Assembly (NCBI GenBank): GCA_030141605.1
Contig: JAQGDQ010000177.1
Coordinates: 372,001-436,000, forward strand
Length of the DNA stretch: 64,000 nucleotides
DNA from: Tubiluchus corallicola
Lineage: Eukaryota > Animalia > Priapulida
Direction of reading: 5' to 3'
Shown: piece by piece, positions 1 to 12,565 of the stretch
How the letters are laid out: each line of letters begins with the position of its first letter
Position numbering within the stretch: position 1 is the first letter of the stretch
Program-made: the position numbers and the translations under genes
The notes under the pieces: model-generated
The model's database searches: none
Told to the model about the DNA's origin: nothing
The model's input: only the letters and a program-made list of their open reading frames with translations

Positions 1-360
1 TTACCTTTTTCTGGCAAATCTAGAACGCGTACATTGCCGTAAAGATCGCCATGTTTCGCGCCTTTGGCGTGAGTGAACGAGAATGACGTACGTAGTATAG
101 AAAGCGTCTCTGGTTACCGATGTTTGGTAATTGATCTTTGGTGACCTCGTGGCAGTACTCATTACGTCATTCGTCTCGTGCAACGAAAAATGGCGGTTCT
201 TCAAATTTGACACGCTAACAAAGCAGCGGTTATTGGCTAAAAATCAAAAGAAACAAACTTTACAGTAGGTTATTAACAAAATGAATTGAATATTCGTAAT
301 GAGACCAGGATTTTAAGTTGTAAAAAGTTTTTATTACAGTGAGTGTTTAGTTTGATTTTA
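1..360 (+). mobile_element. Interspersed repeat (probable non-autonomous DNA transposon), copy 1, cut by window start
   Basis: Aligns by eye over ~350 bp with 33187-33540, including a shared CATTGCCGTAAAGATCGCCATGTTTC and AAAATGGCGGTT. Confidence 0.75.
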
Positions 361-1255
361 AATCTTATTATATCGGGTGGTCCAAAAAAGTAACCGAAGT
401 TTAGATTACATTTAATATAACCCTACAGTGTTAAATTTCACAAAGTGGTATTACAGTACACTAACTCTTGTTTGGCTCTAAGCTTATGGCTCTAGTGATT
501 TTTAAGTTATCCCTGAATGGGCTTTCATAATAGTCAGCCAATCAAAAATCGAAAAACAGCTACGTTGACGGATTAAAATGGCAGCAAAACAATAATTCAA
601 ACTTATTCATTCACTCATAAGCTACATTCATACGAAATTTAACACCCAAAGAGAAGGGCTACCAAAATCACTAAATCTTCGTCCTCTGGTCCGATGGGGG
701 TCTCTTTCCAAAGAGACGTACGTTGGTTAAGGAAAGTACTCAGCCTATCGGTCAACTAGCGAGATTTGCCTTACGTAAGTCTTTAGCTGCGTTTACGAAT
801 TTTAAGCACCGTTTCCAATCAAAAAATGCGAAACTAATGTGCGTGTTTCTTACCACCGAGCAAAAGCAAGTCATTTAGCTGACAACCAGCCGTTTGATTG
901 ACAAATTACCAGGTGGCTTGGCATTGGAAACGCTTTTATCTATCTTCAACCACTTTGTCTTCCTGATATTTGCAGGCCGCCAAAGCTTAAACTTTTATGA
1001 ATGGGAACCATTTTGAGCACTTGGCAAATATCAGCATATTAATTATCAAACCAGCCGTGTGTTTAAAGTGTAACAAAATTTTCATTAATTAACGGCTTTC
1101 AGATTCGATTACGCGACGGGAAAATATTGCGCTGTTGAACAAAGTGCGGGTTTATTTTCACTTCAAAGAACAAAATTTGTTTAACTGTTTCATTTGTGCG
1201 CATGTGCGAACGTACTTTGCATGAATATATGCAGTAGAGTGGAGAATACTTTATT

Positions 1256-1380
1256 TTAAAGGAAAGCGCACTCCTTCTGGGAAGTTAAGATAATTTCAAA
1301 ATTAGCAAAAAATGTTAGAAGAATTCAGTAATAAAAACGTAATAAGAGCCTCGTGTGATTAGTAAGATCACGATCATTAA
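1256..1380 (+). mobile_element. TTAA-bounded MITE end (family B; Kolobok/piggyBac-like)
   Basis: Starts TTAA-AGGAAAGCGCACT and is homologous to 28638-28760 (shared CTTCTGGGAA...AAAAATGTTAGAA...TCGTGT.ATTAGTAA). Confidence 0.55.
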
Positions 1381-2271
1381 AGTCGCGATCATTTCACAGT
1401 TTGGCATTCCCATTTTGAATACCCATTTTCCACCACTGATGTCATTCGTCGATTGAAGAAAAGCAGAACACTGTCAATTTGTGCCAAAAGCATAAGAAGT
1501 TTTTACAAAAAATTAGATAGCTGATTCTGTGACAGTTCTGCGTAAATACTAGGCAAGGTGCAGAAGTCTGAAATATTTTAAGCAGTGCACGCTTACGGAA
1601 AGCGACGATGTGCTTAGGAAAGGTCACGAAGTCACCAGTCACGTCATAATTTTCAAGTGATTGGCGGCAACCACCCCGCCTGAAAATCTCTGTACGGCGT
1701 TGGCATAAATTAACTTTACGTTCAATGGACAATTTTTTTGCACATTTCTTTGTTACATATTTCGAAGTTTAAGCGACAACAGTAAAAGAAACCTAACATG
1801 CTAAGCGACTTGTTCTTTCCTGTCAGTCGGATTATACAAACAACAAGCATAAGTCTTAAGACTGACTGATAAAAGATACGTAGGAACTACAAAACAAGAA
1901 GATACGTATGAAAATATTCGTCTCTATCAACAAAAAATCAGTAAGTTAATGTAACATTAAAATAGGACGTAAAATTACATGAACGTAAACTACACAAAGT
2001 TTTTATGTATTAGCATAAATATATGACACAACCATTTGCTAGAGAAACAACGACCAATAATGCAGAACGACTTATTACATTAGAGAACTGCTGAAACAAA
2101 AGTGATATTATCATGACTGCAATAGTTAGTGTACAAGCCTCACATGTCGTGCACAGCTTACAGACTTGAGTGGTCTGATCCGAACAGCGACTTAGAAGAG
2201 ATTGTCGAATTCAGGATTCCTCAACAGTTTTTACCATTGTTTCATAAGCTTGTGTTTTGAATACGATCAAT

Positions 2272-2438
2272 GACTTGTTCTTGGGTCATCTTCGTCTCCA
2301 TTCTGTCCCTCAGGATGGCTCCAGTGTATTGAAACTGAACTGCCTGGAAATTCGTCCGACCATAATCCCGTTGAACACGTTGGAACTATCCCTATCCTGA
2401 AAGACGGAGTGGAGACGAAGATGACCCAAGAACAAGTC
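2272..2438. repeat. Inverted repeat, 45-bp arms with 77-bp spacer
   Basis: 2272-2316 is the reverse complement of 2394-2438; the outer 29 bp are perfect and there are 4 C/T differences inside. Confidence 0.9.
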
Positions 2439-2650
2439 TGATATATAAGAACAAGATGATATAACAGCATGCGATTGATTTTATTTACAACTCGAGCCTG
2501 TAAGACATCTGCAAATAATGTTGGAGGATCTTGAGCTTGACACTGATCCCCTCGAGTCGTTGCCCCAATCTTGCCCAATTATACTCCTCAAGTCTGTAAG
2601 ACGCACGAAGCATCTACACTAAACAATGTAGTTTTACCCCGGGTAGAGCG

Positions 2651-3242
2651 TATCTAAATGAACATCTATTATCTGTTAGTGATCAAGGAAAGCATATTGG
2701 ACACATTATATGCTTTAATTTAAATGATAATGTTGATATTGAGAACCAGATAAAAAAATTTTATACACACGTCAATTCTTTAATTAGAAAATTTTCAAAC
2801 TGCTTTTTTGATGTTAAAAATATGCTTTTTATGAGCTATTGTTCTAATTTTTACTGTAGTAGTGTATGGAATAAATACAGTGCTGGTACTTTAAACTCTA
2901 TCCGGGTAGATGATAATAATGGAATACGGAAATCTTTCAGTTAAGATATGGATGTAGCCCATCTGGCACGTGTATGAATCTCCGACTACCACGGTTTGTT
3001 CGTTTGCGTAGAAAATCAGAATGTAGTCTTAGCAATAGACTGTTGTTCTCAAATAACACGTATGAGGTTAATATTGCAAATTCTGGTGTTCTATACAAAT
3101 AGAATACTTTCAAATTGTGGAACAAACTTTTATCTCCAAATTTTCAATTTATTTAAGTTTTTTAGGGCCATTATAGTGATCTGCAATCATTTTTATAATG
3201 ACAGTTTTATCTTAGTTTTATCTGTAACAAAAAGCGTATTGC
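2651..3242 (+). mobile_element. 3' fragment of a non-LTR retrotransposon ORF2 (Proto2/RTEX-like)
   Basis: Frame 2651-2944, absent from the ORF track, reads YLNEHLLSVSDQGKHIGHIICFNLNDNVDIENQIKKFYTHVNSLIRKFSNCFFDVKNMLFMSYCSNFYCSSVWNKY, resembling the KYLGH...LIRKF..C..DVK..LF.SYC..FY...LW thumb region; it is followed by an (AAT)n tail. Confidence 0.7.
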
Positions 3243-3451
<209 letters not shown>

Positions 3452-3737
3452 TTCTCTATTGCTATAGCAATACTATGATGTAATAAATTGTTTTGTACTG
3501 TTAGTCTGTTAGTCATTGTTTTTGTACTCCCAGCAGAAATGGCTACTATCACTCGACATATTCTCGGTGTCATGGTTGCATTTCGTAATGTACTGTACCT
3601 GGGACCTTTACAACTGAGTAATTGAGCAAAGAATGAGATGTAACTTCCTATGATCAGTTCTAGTGGAGATAATTATGAACACATAACGTATTCGAAATAT
3701 TACAGAAAAACACATGTACTAGAGTCTCAATCTTTCT

Positions 3738-4240
3738 TTAAAGGGGAAGAAAAGGTTATTTTAAAGTATTTTCAAAAAAAAACTTCCAAAAAGTTATGTT
3801 ACTTTGCTTTACGCTTATCTGATTGAAGATTTAAGTAATTACCATATAAAAAAATTATTAATTTAAAATATTAGCGCCACCTGGTAAGGCGTCACTGCAG
3901 CGCCATTCCAGTGTGCATCACAATAATGCATTATTGATGTTACTGACTATACAAAGTAATTTAAACTTTTGCTTTGTTAATAAAGAATGTGCTGCGAATT
4001 CTCTGACGATTTTTTCAAACTTTCACAATGTTATCAAAACTTGTTTCACACAACCTACCCTCAAATGGCTGCGCGAGCTTAAATGTACAAGTTTCATACA
4101 TCCGTTACTGCTAACGCCAGCTCTGTGCGCAAAAAGACAGCAGTAAGTGATGTAAAACTTCAAGATATTTTTTTAAGTTTTATTTATGAAGAGTGTTTTC
4201 TTGTGCTTTAACAATTCACATACTAGTGGAATCTTGCAGA
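3738..4240 (+). mobile_element. TTAA-bounded non-autonomous DNA transposon (family A), copy 1
   Basis: Starts TTAA-AGGGGAA; internal homology with ~22560-22960 and 44981-45480 (TGCT..GTTA...AAGA.TGTGC..CGAAT.CT.TGA). Confidence 0.6.
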
Positions 4241-5744
4241 TTTTGTGAGAACGTATCTCTTGGCATTCTTGTAAACAATGTTAACCGAATCTGATTTGTT
4301 TAGTAATGCAAATGCGATAAAGTTTTAAATTATCAAAAATCTCTGTGACGATGGCGATGGTGGCGAAAAAGATTTTGGCGACTAAGGCGACGACAAAGAC
4401 GACGATAACGACGACGACGATGATGATGGTGATGACTTTGACGGAGATGCTTTATATATAGTTTTCATTGCTTTTCATTGAGAAGTTTTATCGCGTTTGA
4501 CGAGACGATTTTCACGCATGCGTAAACACGATTTAGACGTAATTTATTTCGCCTGCGAATTTTAGTGTCGCTAGTTTAAACAGAAATACGGCATAACCTA
4601 TAATGATGAAAATGTGCTCTCCCGCGAACTTGTTATGGTTGTTTACATTGCTTAGAGTTTTTTTTAATTAGTGGAGCAATTACTGGAGTAATTACGGTAA
4701 TAAAAGTAGAATCAGTGGCTTATTGTACCGTAGTAAATGCAAATTTTTGTCTCTCTTGTAAGAAGAAAATTCATCTAAACTGCAGAAAATTTCGAATGAT
4801 GTGAGAAATCCACAATCAGCTAAAGTTTGATACAAAACTTGAAAGACAGGTGAAAAGTTCGAGTCAGTCTGTAGTTGAACCAGAGGCCTACTGCTTATAT
4901 TACAGACGATCGCATAAGCAAAAGAGGTTCCTGGTTCAAATACAGGCTGAATTCAAATTTATCACCTCTCTTGTCTTCCAGTTATTAAATTAATTGTCTT
5001 TGCAACATTATTAATAATAATTTTTAAATTAGGAGTGTAATAAGAAATTTCAAAATTTTGCAGTTTGGCTGTCTGTCTGTCTGTGTATCCGTAGTTACTT
5101 TTCAAAGCTGTAAACCAATATCCACGTTTCGAAAGTAATGAAAAGGAAAATTTATAAATTTTCACTGAAATGTTCACTAATGCAGATGTTAAGGCAAATT
5201 TATGAAAAAAAATCTATGTTTCTGCTGTGTTGGACGAGTCAAATACTCATTTATCTCAATCCAAAACGCTTTCTTTCAAAGCAATACGAGTCTGGAGCAT
5301 TAGGCAGCATCATAAGGCTTGTTCACATGAGTGACTCGCTTTTGTCGCGAATCATTTCTGCCAGTTTAAGTTTAACGCTTGACACATAATCGCTTGAGTC
5401 TCTATAGCGTGATTTATCTGGACCACTCTCTTCACAATAGAAATGTCTATTCAGGCAAAAAACTATTGAACCAATAATACACTTATTACAGACGTTCAGG
5501 TTCTGCATGAAATCGAAGTCATTTCTCACGTGACCCTGATAAATTCGCACTTTTTATAACAATAAAAAATGTCGTCACGATTATTATAAAGTTTTAGGGT
5601 AACAATAAGAACCAAAAAACTACTTTTTAGAATCACTACGCTGGAAATGACGTATAAAAACCGACGACAATTAACGTTTTAAGTTTATTATTATTATCGT
5701 TATCGTCATAGTTGTAGTTATCATTATCATTATTATTATAAGAG

Positions 5745-6030
5745 GAAGAACAAGAAGAAGAAGAAGAAGAACTGTCCCCATATCCCTAGTGGCGCAGAGA
5801 GATCGCTGGTCATCCAACTAATTACGAAGTCTCGCCACAAAAGGAGGACGGATAGCCATAGTTCACATTACGCGGCCATGTCTTTCCTACAGAATATGAC
5901 CAGGCGTTCAATTAAGGCTGAGCCCATAACTTATATTATTACTATATGTCCGTAAGTAATAGAAAACAGCTAGAAAAATCATGACATATTTGGGATTTGA
6001 ACCCAGAACCCTTGCTTCCTTAACGCCATA
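5745..6030 (-). mobile_element. tRNA-derived SINE-like element
   Basis: Minus strand begins with a B-box-like GGGTTCAAATCCCA (~5991-6004) and ends in a (CTT)n tail at 5745-5770. Confidence 0.5.
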
Positions 6031-6246
6031 CTAAAAATTTTAGACATACAGGAGTGGATTCTTTTTGCCTTTACGCTTTGAAAATGATGAAAAATTAGTT
6101 CATAATAAAATTCCAATTCGAGTCATCCACGACTCACCCAAATGCCAAATTTTTCCTCTAAGCGTCTATCCTTTTGCATTTTCCTTCCAAAAACGTGAAA
6201 CCATTTTTCAACCAGCAATGCAACATTGAATTGCCGTCTGCCTTGA

Positions 6247-6313
6247 TCACGTGACTCGAACTATCGTCTTGGCTGAAGCCACGCACTGTGGCTGCTGATG
6301 CTGCTATTCAGTT
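6247..6313 (+). promoter_or_regulatory. Candidate core promoter: E-box TCACGTGA and Inr TCAGTT
   Basis: TCACGTGA at 6247-6254 and TCAGTT at 6308-6313 in a locally GC/CpG-richer non-repeat stretch, followed by a strong donor CG|GTAAGT at 6732/6733. Confidence 0.4.
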
Positions 6314-6732
6314 GCGAGCATACTCGCTCTTACGTGAAACGATTTTTTTCAACTTCGGTACATAATGTTCTCATTTTCAACTTATGTAGAGCACATAATG
6401 TTGTTTGCTGTGGGAATTTGCGCCGGTGAAACATGCAATTGACAACAGAGATGAGCTAACAGGAGCTGAGAGGAGGAGAAAAGGGGAAGAAGCGAGTTCT
6501 AGGCACCGCAAAGTGAGCGCTTGCTGAGTGACTTTTGCATATCCGGTTCTCACTAAAATTTGACAAAATCGTTGTACTACAGAGAATTGAGTTCTTCTTC
6601 GAAAAAAAACTTCATGAAAATTCCAGTCATAACATGTTTTGCACTGATGAAAAGTACAAGAGCGATTTGATTTTCTAAAAAGCTGCAATTTTAAGTTGCC
6701 CGTGCTTTGCAAACGGGAGCGGTTTTAAAACG
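6310..6732 (+). other. Candidate non-coding first exon (5' UTR) of the GPCR gene
   Basis: Inr at start and consensus donor GTAAGT at 6733; the GPCR coding exon has an acceptor at 49652, so an upstream exon is expected. The link between the two is inference. Confidence 0.35.
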
Positions 6733-7499
6733 GTAAGTGGTCCTCATTTTTTAAAAACCACGTGCCCAAACCGCAACTTTTTTGTTTTCTTTTTTTGAAA
6801 GTTTTTAAAAATAAGTTTTAATAATTCTCAAATAAAAAGAGTTATTGTAACCTTATTGTTCAAGTGTTTCATAAAATAGCTTTAAATTTCTGTCGTTAGT
6901 AAACTTTTTGAGAGTGATAATAAATTACTGTGCGTACTTTTGAATGAATGAGTGAATAAATGAATGAGTGAGTGAGAGAATGAATGAATGAATAAATGAA
7001 TGAATGATTGCTATTGGTATCACTGCCATTATTAAATATCATTCCCTCTTAACGTAACGGCTACACTAAACATCACATCTTTTTATTGTAACTGCAACTC
7101 TTTAGACGTAAATTTGAGTTTTTATTATTTCATGTTCACTAATTGACTCACACATTCATTCGCACGTCATTCGTTCGTTAGTTTATTAGCTAGTATTTCA
7201 TTATATCGTTATAATTATTCCTTATAGACGGCAAACTTCTAAAAAAAATTTAACATCGGATAACGCCTATAGCGCTAAAGCAGCGGGAATTGCAAATTAG
7301 CTTGTGTTTATTTTCACTTTAGTCATTTAATAACGAACTGCGCGTTTTGTCTGTTTTTCCAGCGCGTTAGTAAAACATTGAAATAATAATTATTGCGAAT
7401 TTATCAATGTGTATAGACACGAACAGTTAAATAATTAAGCATGTAAAATGTAAGAGTTCTCCTGAGACTTGTCATCTTTAACACGAAAAACATAATCTC

Positions 7500-7996
7500 G
7501 ATGATTATACTTTGAATTATAAATTTATATCACAGTGAATTATAGGTACAATCATACTTACAAATTGTTATTACATTATAAAATAAAATATACGAGCCAC
7601 TGTGAGGAGGAGGAAGGAACATCATGCTTTCGAGTTCTCCTCCAGATAAGTGCAACAAATGACAATTAACATTACATAGTATTTCTTGTGAGATATAACG
7701 TACACTTGAACAAAGTAAGTTTTGTTAGTAACTTAAGATCAGGATGAGTCAAATTGCGGGGTGAGTTAGTTATATCGTTGTAGTATGCAATTCGTTGATG
7801 CTTTTTTAAATTGGTAAGGACCGAGAGTTTTCATTTCACGCGGAATTGATGACCATATTTTAATAACATTATATTTTAATGACTGTTTCATTGTATTTGC
7901 TTTTGGGAGAAGGAGTTCATAAATTTCGACTGAATATCTTGTGTAATGATCATGTTGATTTGAAACTGGACTAAAATATTGCTGAAAAGCGGCCAT
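7500..7996 (-). mobile_element. L2/CR1-group LINE 3' end fragment
   Basis: ORF 7766-7996 HDHYTRYS...KQSLKYNVIKIWSSIPREMKTL..YQFKK matches the H.Y.TR...S..Y...KIWN.IP..IK....FK C-terminal pattern. Confidence 0.65.
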
Positions 7997-8049
7997 AGTC
8001 TAGAAAAGTCTAGACTATAGAAAAGTCTACGCGATAGAATAGTGTATAT

Positions 8050-8500
8050 AATTATTTGAGAGCTTTTGCCCTGACAGGTTTCATCAGCTGAAAAATTGCA
8101 GACAAAATGTTAAAACAGTATGTACCAGTTTAAAAGAAGAGCATTAAAATCAAACATATTAGTAAAGCATGCTCGATTTTTGGCACAGCCATTTATAATA
8201 AACTGCCAAATTTGGTAAACCTCTCTCACAGGTTAGCAAGGACAGCCTATTCAGCTATGTTAGTTTATTTTCTGGCTTCCTTTTTATTCTGGCAACAGCA
8301 ATTATACAGTTCTGGGTTTTTCTCTTTCTTATGCAGTCGTTTTTACTCTTTCTAACTTATTATATTTCAAATCAAATCTATGTTGTTTATATTCTGTTTT
8401 GTGCTTTTAATGTTCTTGTTTTACTTTCGTACATACACATAACATTTTATCTTAAATTTTTTTAGCCGATGAGGCCCGCTATTGTGAAAACTTCTGAAAT
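8050..8500. mobile_element. Inverted pair of Penelope-like pLTR fragments, each with a degenerate hammerhead core
   Basis: Reverse complement of ~8050-8165 aligns with ~8385-8500 (TTTTAATG.TCTT...GTACATAC...AACATTTT.TCT...ATTTTT..AGC.GATGA). Confidence 0.55.
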
Positions 8501-8904
8501 AATATTGTAGTCATTGAGACCGCAAAGGGCATTAAGATTTTTATGTTAAATTAAGCATGTCATGTAGCTAAGATACAGAGTTATTTGAGTTATTATAACA
8601 GCGTACTAATATTGAAATCCGTTTGATTTTGATGAAGGGCTGTGCTAAACTTCTAAAAATATTTAGAAACATCGGAGCAAAATTAAGAGGCAAAATTTTT
8701 TAAATGAGTTATTTTGTAACTGAGCAGACGCAGATACCGCCTGCTTGTTTTTACCAGCTAAAAAACGTCGAGCAAGGAAGTTTGCTGCTACCGCTAAATG
8801 GTTCAAAGCGCGTGTTTTACCATCTTGACGTTAATGTTCGACATAGAGGGAGCAGCGAGTTAAGATTAAAATTTTTGACAATTTGCAAAATTAGATTTAG
8901 TTCT

Positions 8905-9210
8905 TTTTCTGCTCCTCCTTCAAAATCGCATTCCACCTGTTGTAGACATTGAGGTATCAACATTTATCAGGGTATTCCACCCACTTCTATCTGCAGCTAA
9001 TAGCGTAAGTTCTTCTACTCCTAAAGATAGGTTTGGTTGAAGTTGTTGAACATCTTTATTTATCTTAGCTGTCCAAGTTGTTCTAAGTTTACCAGGTGGT
9101 TTCTGCAAGGTTTTAAGGCTTCCTTTAAGGCGATTCTTACTGGTGCTTCATTTGGTAATCTTAGAAGTTGTCCTAGCCATCTTAATCTTCGGATCTTGAC
9201 TTTTGTCTGG
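8905..9210 (-). mobile_element. RTE-clade LINE 3' end (family R2), copy 1
   Basis: Encodes IRRLRWLGQLLRLP..APVRIALKEALKP and KPPGKLRTTW...INKD...LAADRSGW; homologous to 20797-21145 and 47385-47594. Confidence 0.8.
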
Positions 9211-9720
9211 AATATGTGCCTGTAATAAAATTGGCTTAAATAAATAAACGTATTTAGGATACTTCATCACCTGGGGCCTAAGGCCTGTAAAATGATCCCC
9301 ATCCAGTAAAATGATCATGCCATCATATAAGAAGAAATAACCGAAATCTTCTTCATAATCACTGGAGAAAGCAAATACTTCCAAAAACATACATTCTGCA
9401 ACGAAACCGGAAATTGAGCGCCACGGACAGTTTCCGCATTCTTACTGGAACACGGCCGTACATGCTTAAGGAATTTCCATCCTCCTAACTGCTTGCATAT
9501 GCCGCACTCCTTCCTTTCTTCCCAGGGAATATTCCCTGAAATGAAGCAAATCCGATGCGAATGCGATACGCTCAAGCTGAGTGGGGAATTTTGTCGGGAA
9601 GAAAATTTATTTACAGTGAGGGAAGAAATTCCGGCGAATATTGATGTTTACTGACCAACTAGGCAAATAAGAATCAACAATCGTAGATTATTATCACTCA
9701 GCTTCTGCAATACGTTGATT

Positions 9721-10143
9721 ATCAGCTGACCTGTAAATGGCTCAGTTACTTATTAAAGGTTTTTTATCACTTCATAAGCAATCAGCTGGTCTGTAGGTGG
9801 CGCTGTTACTTCTTAGAGGTTTTTTCAGCAATCAGCTGGTCTATAGATGGCGCTGTTACTTGTTAAATGTTTTTAGTACTTCATAAACAATCAGCTGACC
9901 TAAGGCTTTTCTTCGTGACAATCAGCTGGTCTATAGGTGTCGCTGTTAGTTATTAAAGTTTTTTTACCACTTCATAATTTTGTCTGATAGCACTTTTAAA
10001 TGAAATATTTATGCATGCGTACAAAGTATGTTCGAAATAAAATGATAAATAAACAAATTAGCTGACCCGTGCGCGTAAGACTCTTACTTCTTAAAGTTTT
10101 TGTATCATTTCGTGAGCAATCAGCTGGTCTGTAGGTGGCGCCA
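9721..10143 (+). repeat. Degenerate ~50-60-bp minisatellite (ATCAGCTGGTCT(G/A)TAG(G/A)TGGCGCTGTTACT...)
   Basis: Five units at 9721-9975 plus related units at ~10059-10143. Confidence 0.85.
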
Positions 10144-10639
10144 TTAGATTTCATTTCAAAAAACGATTTTCAGAATTCGCTTTTCTTAAACTGCAAATTG
10201 AACTATATCTGGACACACTCTGGATCTGAACCATGAACTTTTACTTGACAAATTCAAAGATTATTTCCGAAAACTTCATAACTTTGTATTTAGTCCATCA
10301 CAAATAAACGAATAATTACCTGTACATCAAAAGCTCATTTAATGAAAATAGTTGTAACAGGACTGGCATCTACCTCGTTGTCAAAGATAATCCTCTAAGA
10401 TGAGACATACTCTTGGGTAGCATGGATGAAGATGAAACTGCCTAGGACCAGTTACCAGGCTCCGTTTTACTTAACTCCAGCTAGAAGCCCTCATTGATTC
10501 TACTTTCCCCATTACTACAAGAACGCCCTTAAATTACTGATATTACTATAAAAATCAATAATAAACTAGTTAAGAGCATAGTTAAACTATGGTAAATAAA
10601 CGTACATGTATCTAAGATAGGCCCAATTTTCGAGATTTT

Positions 10640-10820
10640 TGTTGCTGCTACTGTCGTCGTCGTCGTCGCCGCCGTCGCCGCCGCCGCCGTGTTGTTGTTG
10701 CTGTTGTTGTTGTCGTCGACGTCTTGTTGTTGTTGTTGCTGCTATTGTTGTTGTCGCCGTCGTCGTTGTTCTTGTTGCTGTTGCTGTCGTTGTCGTTGCG
10801 TCATCATTGTTGTTGTTATT
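10640..10820. repeat. Compound (GTT/GTC/GCC)n microsatellite
   Basis: Directly visible. Confidence 0.95.
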
Positions 10821-11526
10821 GTGAAAGTCACGTTTGAGGTTGTAGTTGAACACTTTGTCGAAAACGAATAAAACACTATACTACATATCTGCACAAAACT
10901 GAAAAGCGTTTATTAACTACATACACATATATAGAATGACTGCTGAGTGTCCTGCACTGATCACTGAGAGTTAGACAGTAAGTAAAATGAGGATCACGAC
11001 TGCTGCACTGCACTGAGAGTGTGAGTTAGACAGTTGTGTAGCACGACTTCTGCACTGCATTGAGAGTGAGACAGAGAGACAGTGACCAGAAAGTAAATCT
11101 AGTCAGTATACATAGGTATAGGTAATTATGCAAACTTGGCTTCACAAAAACCATTACTGTAAAAGAGGGAGAGATCCAGTGAATATACATATTCACTGCA
11201 CCGTACAATTATACTAGGGGTGAGTTTAGCTAGTAAAATGTAAGGGATTAGTTAATAGATGGCAGCACCTAAAAATATACAGTTACAATTTCCACAGTTA
11301 TTATTCTTATCGTTGTGTTGATTAAGTGTTTCGTGCCTGCGAAGATTTAGCTAAAACTAGCTAATGAAACAAACTAATATAATCTTCTCTATGATACTAA
11401 GCAGTCCAGATATTGACCATAACTATATTTCAGCGAATTCCTCTGCGTTAATTGGCCCACTTATAGAAACCAGATTAGGTTAAGCAGCTTACTGTAACAT
11501 TATGAGGCATCAGCATTATTATAACG

Positions 11527-11528
<2 letters not shown>

Positions 11529-11597
<69 letters not shown>
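11529..11597. repeat. (CT)n(AT)n microsatellite
   Basis: Directly visible. Confidence 0.97.
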
Positions 11598-11599
<2 letters not shown>

Positions 11600-12379
11600 T
11601 CACTATAAATCTATTAGGCGAATAGGAAAAAATCTTTTAACGTGACGATAACAACATGAACTTTTGCTCTTGATATCGGTTTATTAGTTAATCAGTAGTT
11701 TATTTTATAATCTATGATATTTGTAGCCCATGTTAGGACAAACATGTGCAAAAATAAAGTTGTTTTCCACAGTTTCCTTTCTTGTTTTTTTGTTTTTATT
11801 TCTCGTCCTATCATTACGAATCCTTAACTTCATCAAGACTGTAAAAGGGATGCCATAATCGTAGCGGAAAAAGACTCTTTACAAAATTACGTACTACATG
11901 CGAGAAGGTACACTTATTTTTGAATGTTTCGCTATGCTGGTGTCAAGTATTGAATAACACAACCTACTTATATTTTGATCAATGTGCTGGTACCGGTATC
12001 TAGCTGATTACCAAGGACAATCTTCTGAGATGACATCTGAATCGGCAGAGTAGCATCCAAGTGTTTGTACATCCCACATGAAATGAAATTAGTCATGTTC
12101 ATAGCAGTGTAGCAAAATGAAAACGCTTGGAACTGGGTATTTAATACTATCAATCACCCAGGTGGTTACTGAGCAAGTTCGGCATTGCTTAAGTTCAGTC
12201 GCTAAGCACACACTCGGGTGATTAAATCGCCTTCGAACAACTGCTGACATTTTCAACTTCCAGGTGATCAACTATTAGGTCATTGTTAAGTTTTTCTTTG
12301 AAAACTTGCAAATTTATAGTAGAAAAGCATCAGTGGAATACTTGGAAGACTGTTTTAATTCCAAAATTACGTGTATTTG

Positions 12380-12565
12380 TTTTTTCTTTTTCATTCTTTG
12401 TTTCTTTTCTTTTCTTTTCCTTTCGTTTCCTTCCCTTTCGTTTTAATTTCGTTTCGTTTTCTTATCTTTTCTTTTCTTTTCTTTTCTTTTCTTTTCTTTT
12501 CTTTCTTTCCTTTTCTTTTCTTTTCTTTTCTTTTCTTTTCTTTCCTTTCCTTTCCCTTCCTTTCA
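12380..12565. repeat. (CTTTT)n-type pyrimidine tract
   Basis: Directly visible. Confidence 0.93.

Noticed and set aside
369-400. Tc1/mariner-like termini (TA-TCGGGTGGTCCAAAAAAGT; similar at 16405 and 46609)
   Set aside because: A matching second TIR could not be located by eye, so element boundaries are unsupported.
4880-4950. tRNA gene candidate (GGTTCAAATAC); similar at 57779
   Set aside because: Only a B-box-like motif with no cloverleaf; probably decayed SINE heads.
9230-9660. ORFs 9148-9390 and 9315-9575 as a gene
   Set aside because: No recognisable domain, and they abut an RTE fragment; at most eroded TE sequence.
9721-10143. Repeat-spacer-like pattern suggesting a CRISPR array
   Set aside because: The spacers are homologous to each other, the context is eukaryotic and there are no cas genes; it is a minisatellite.
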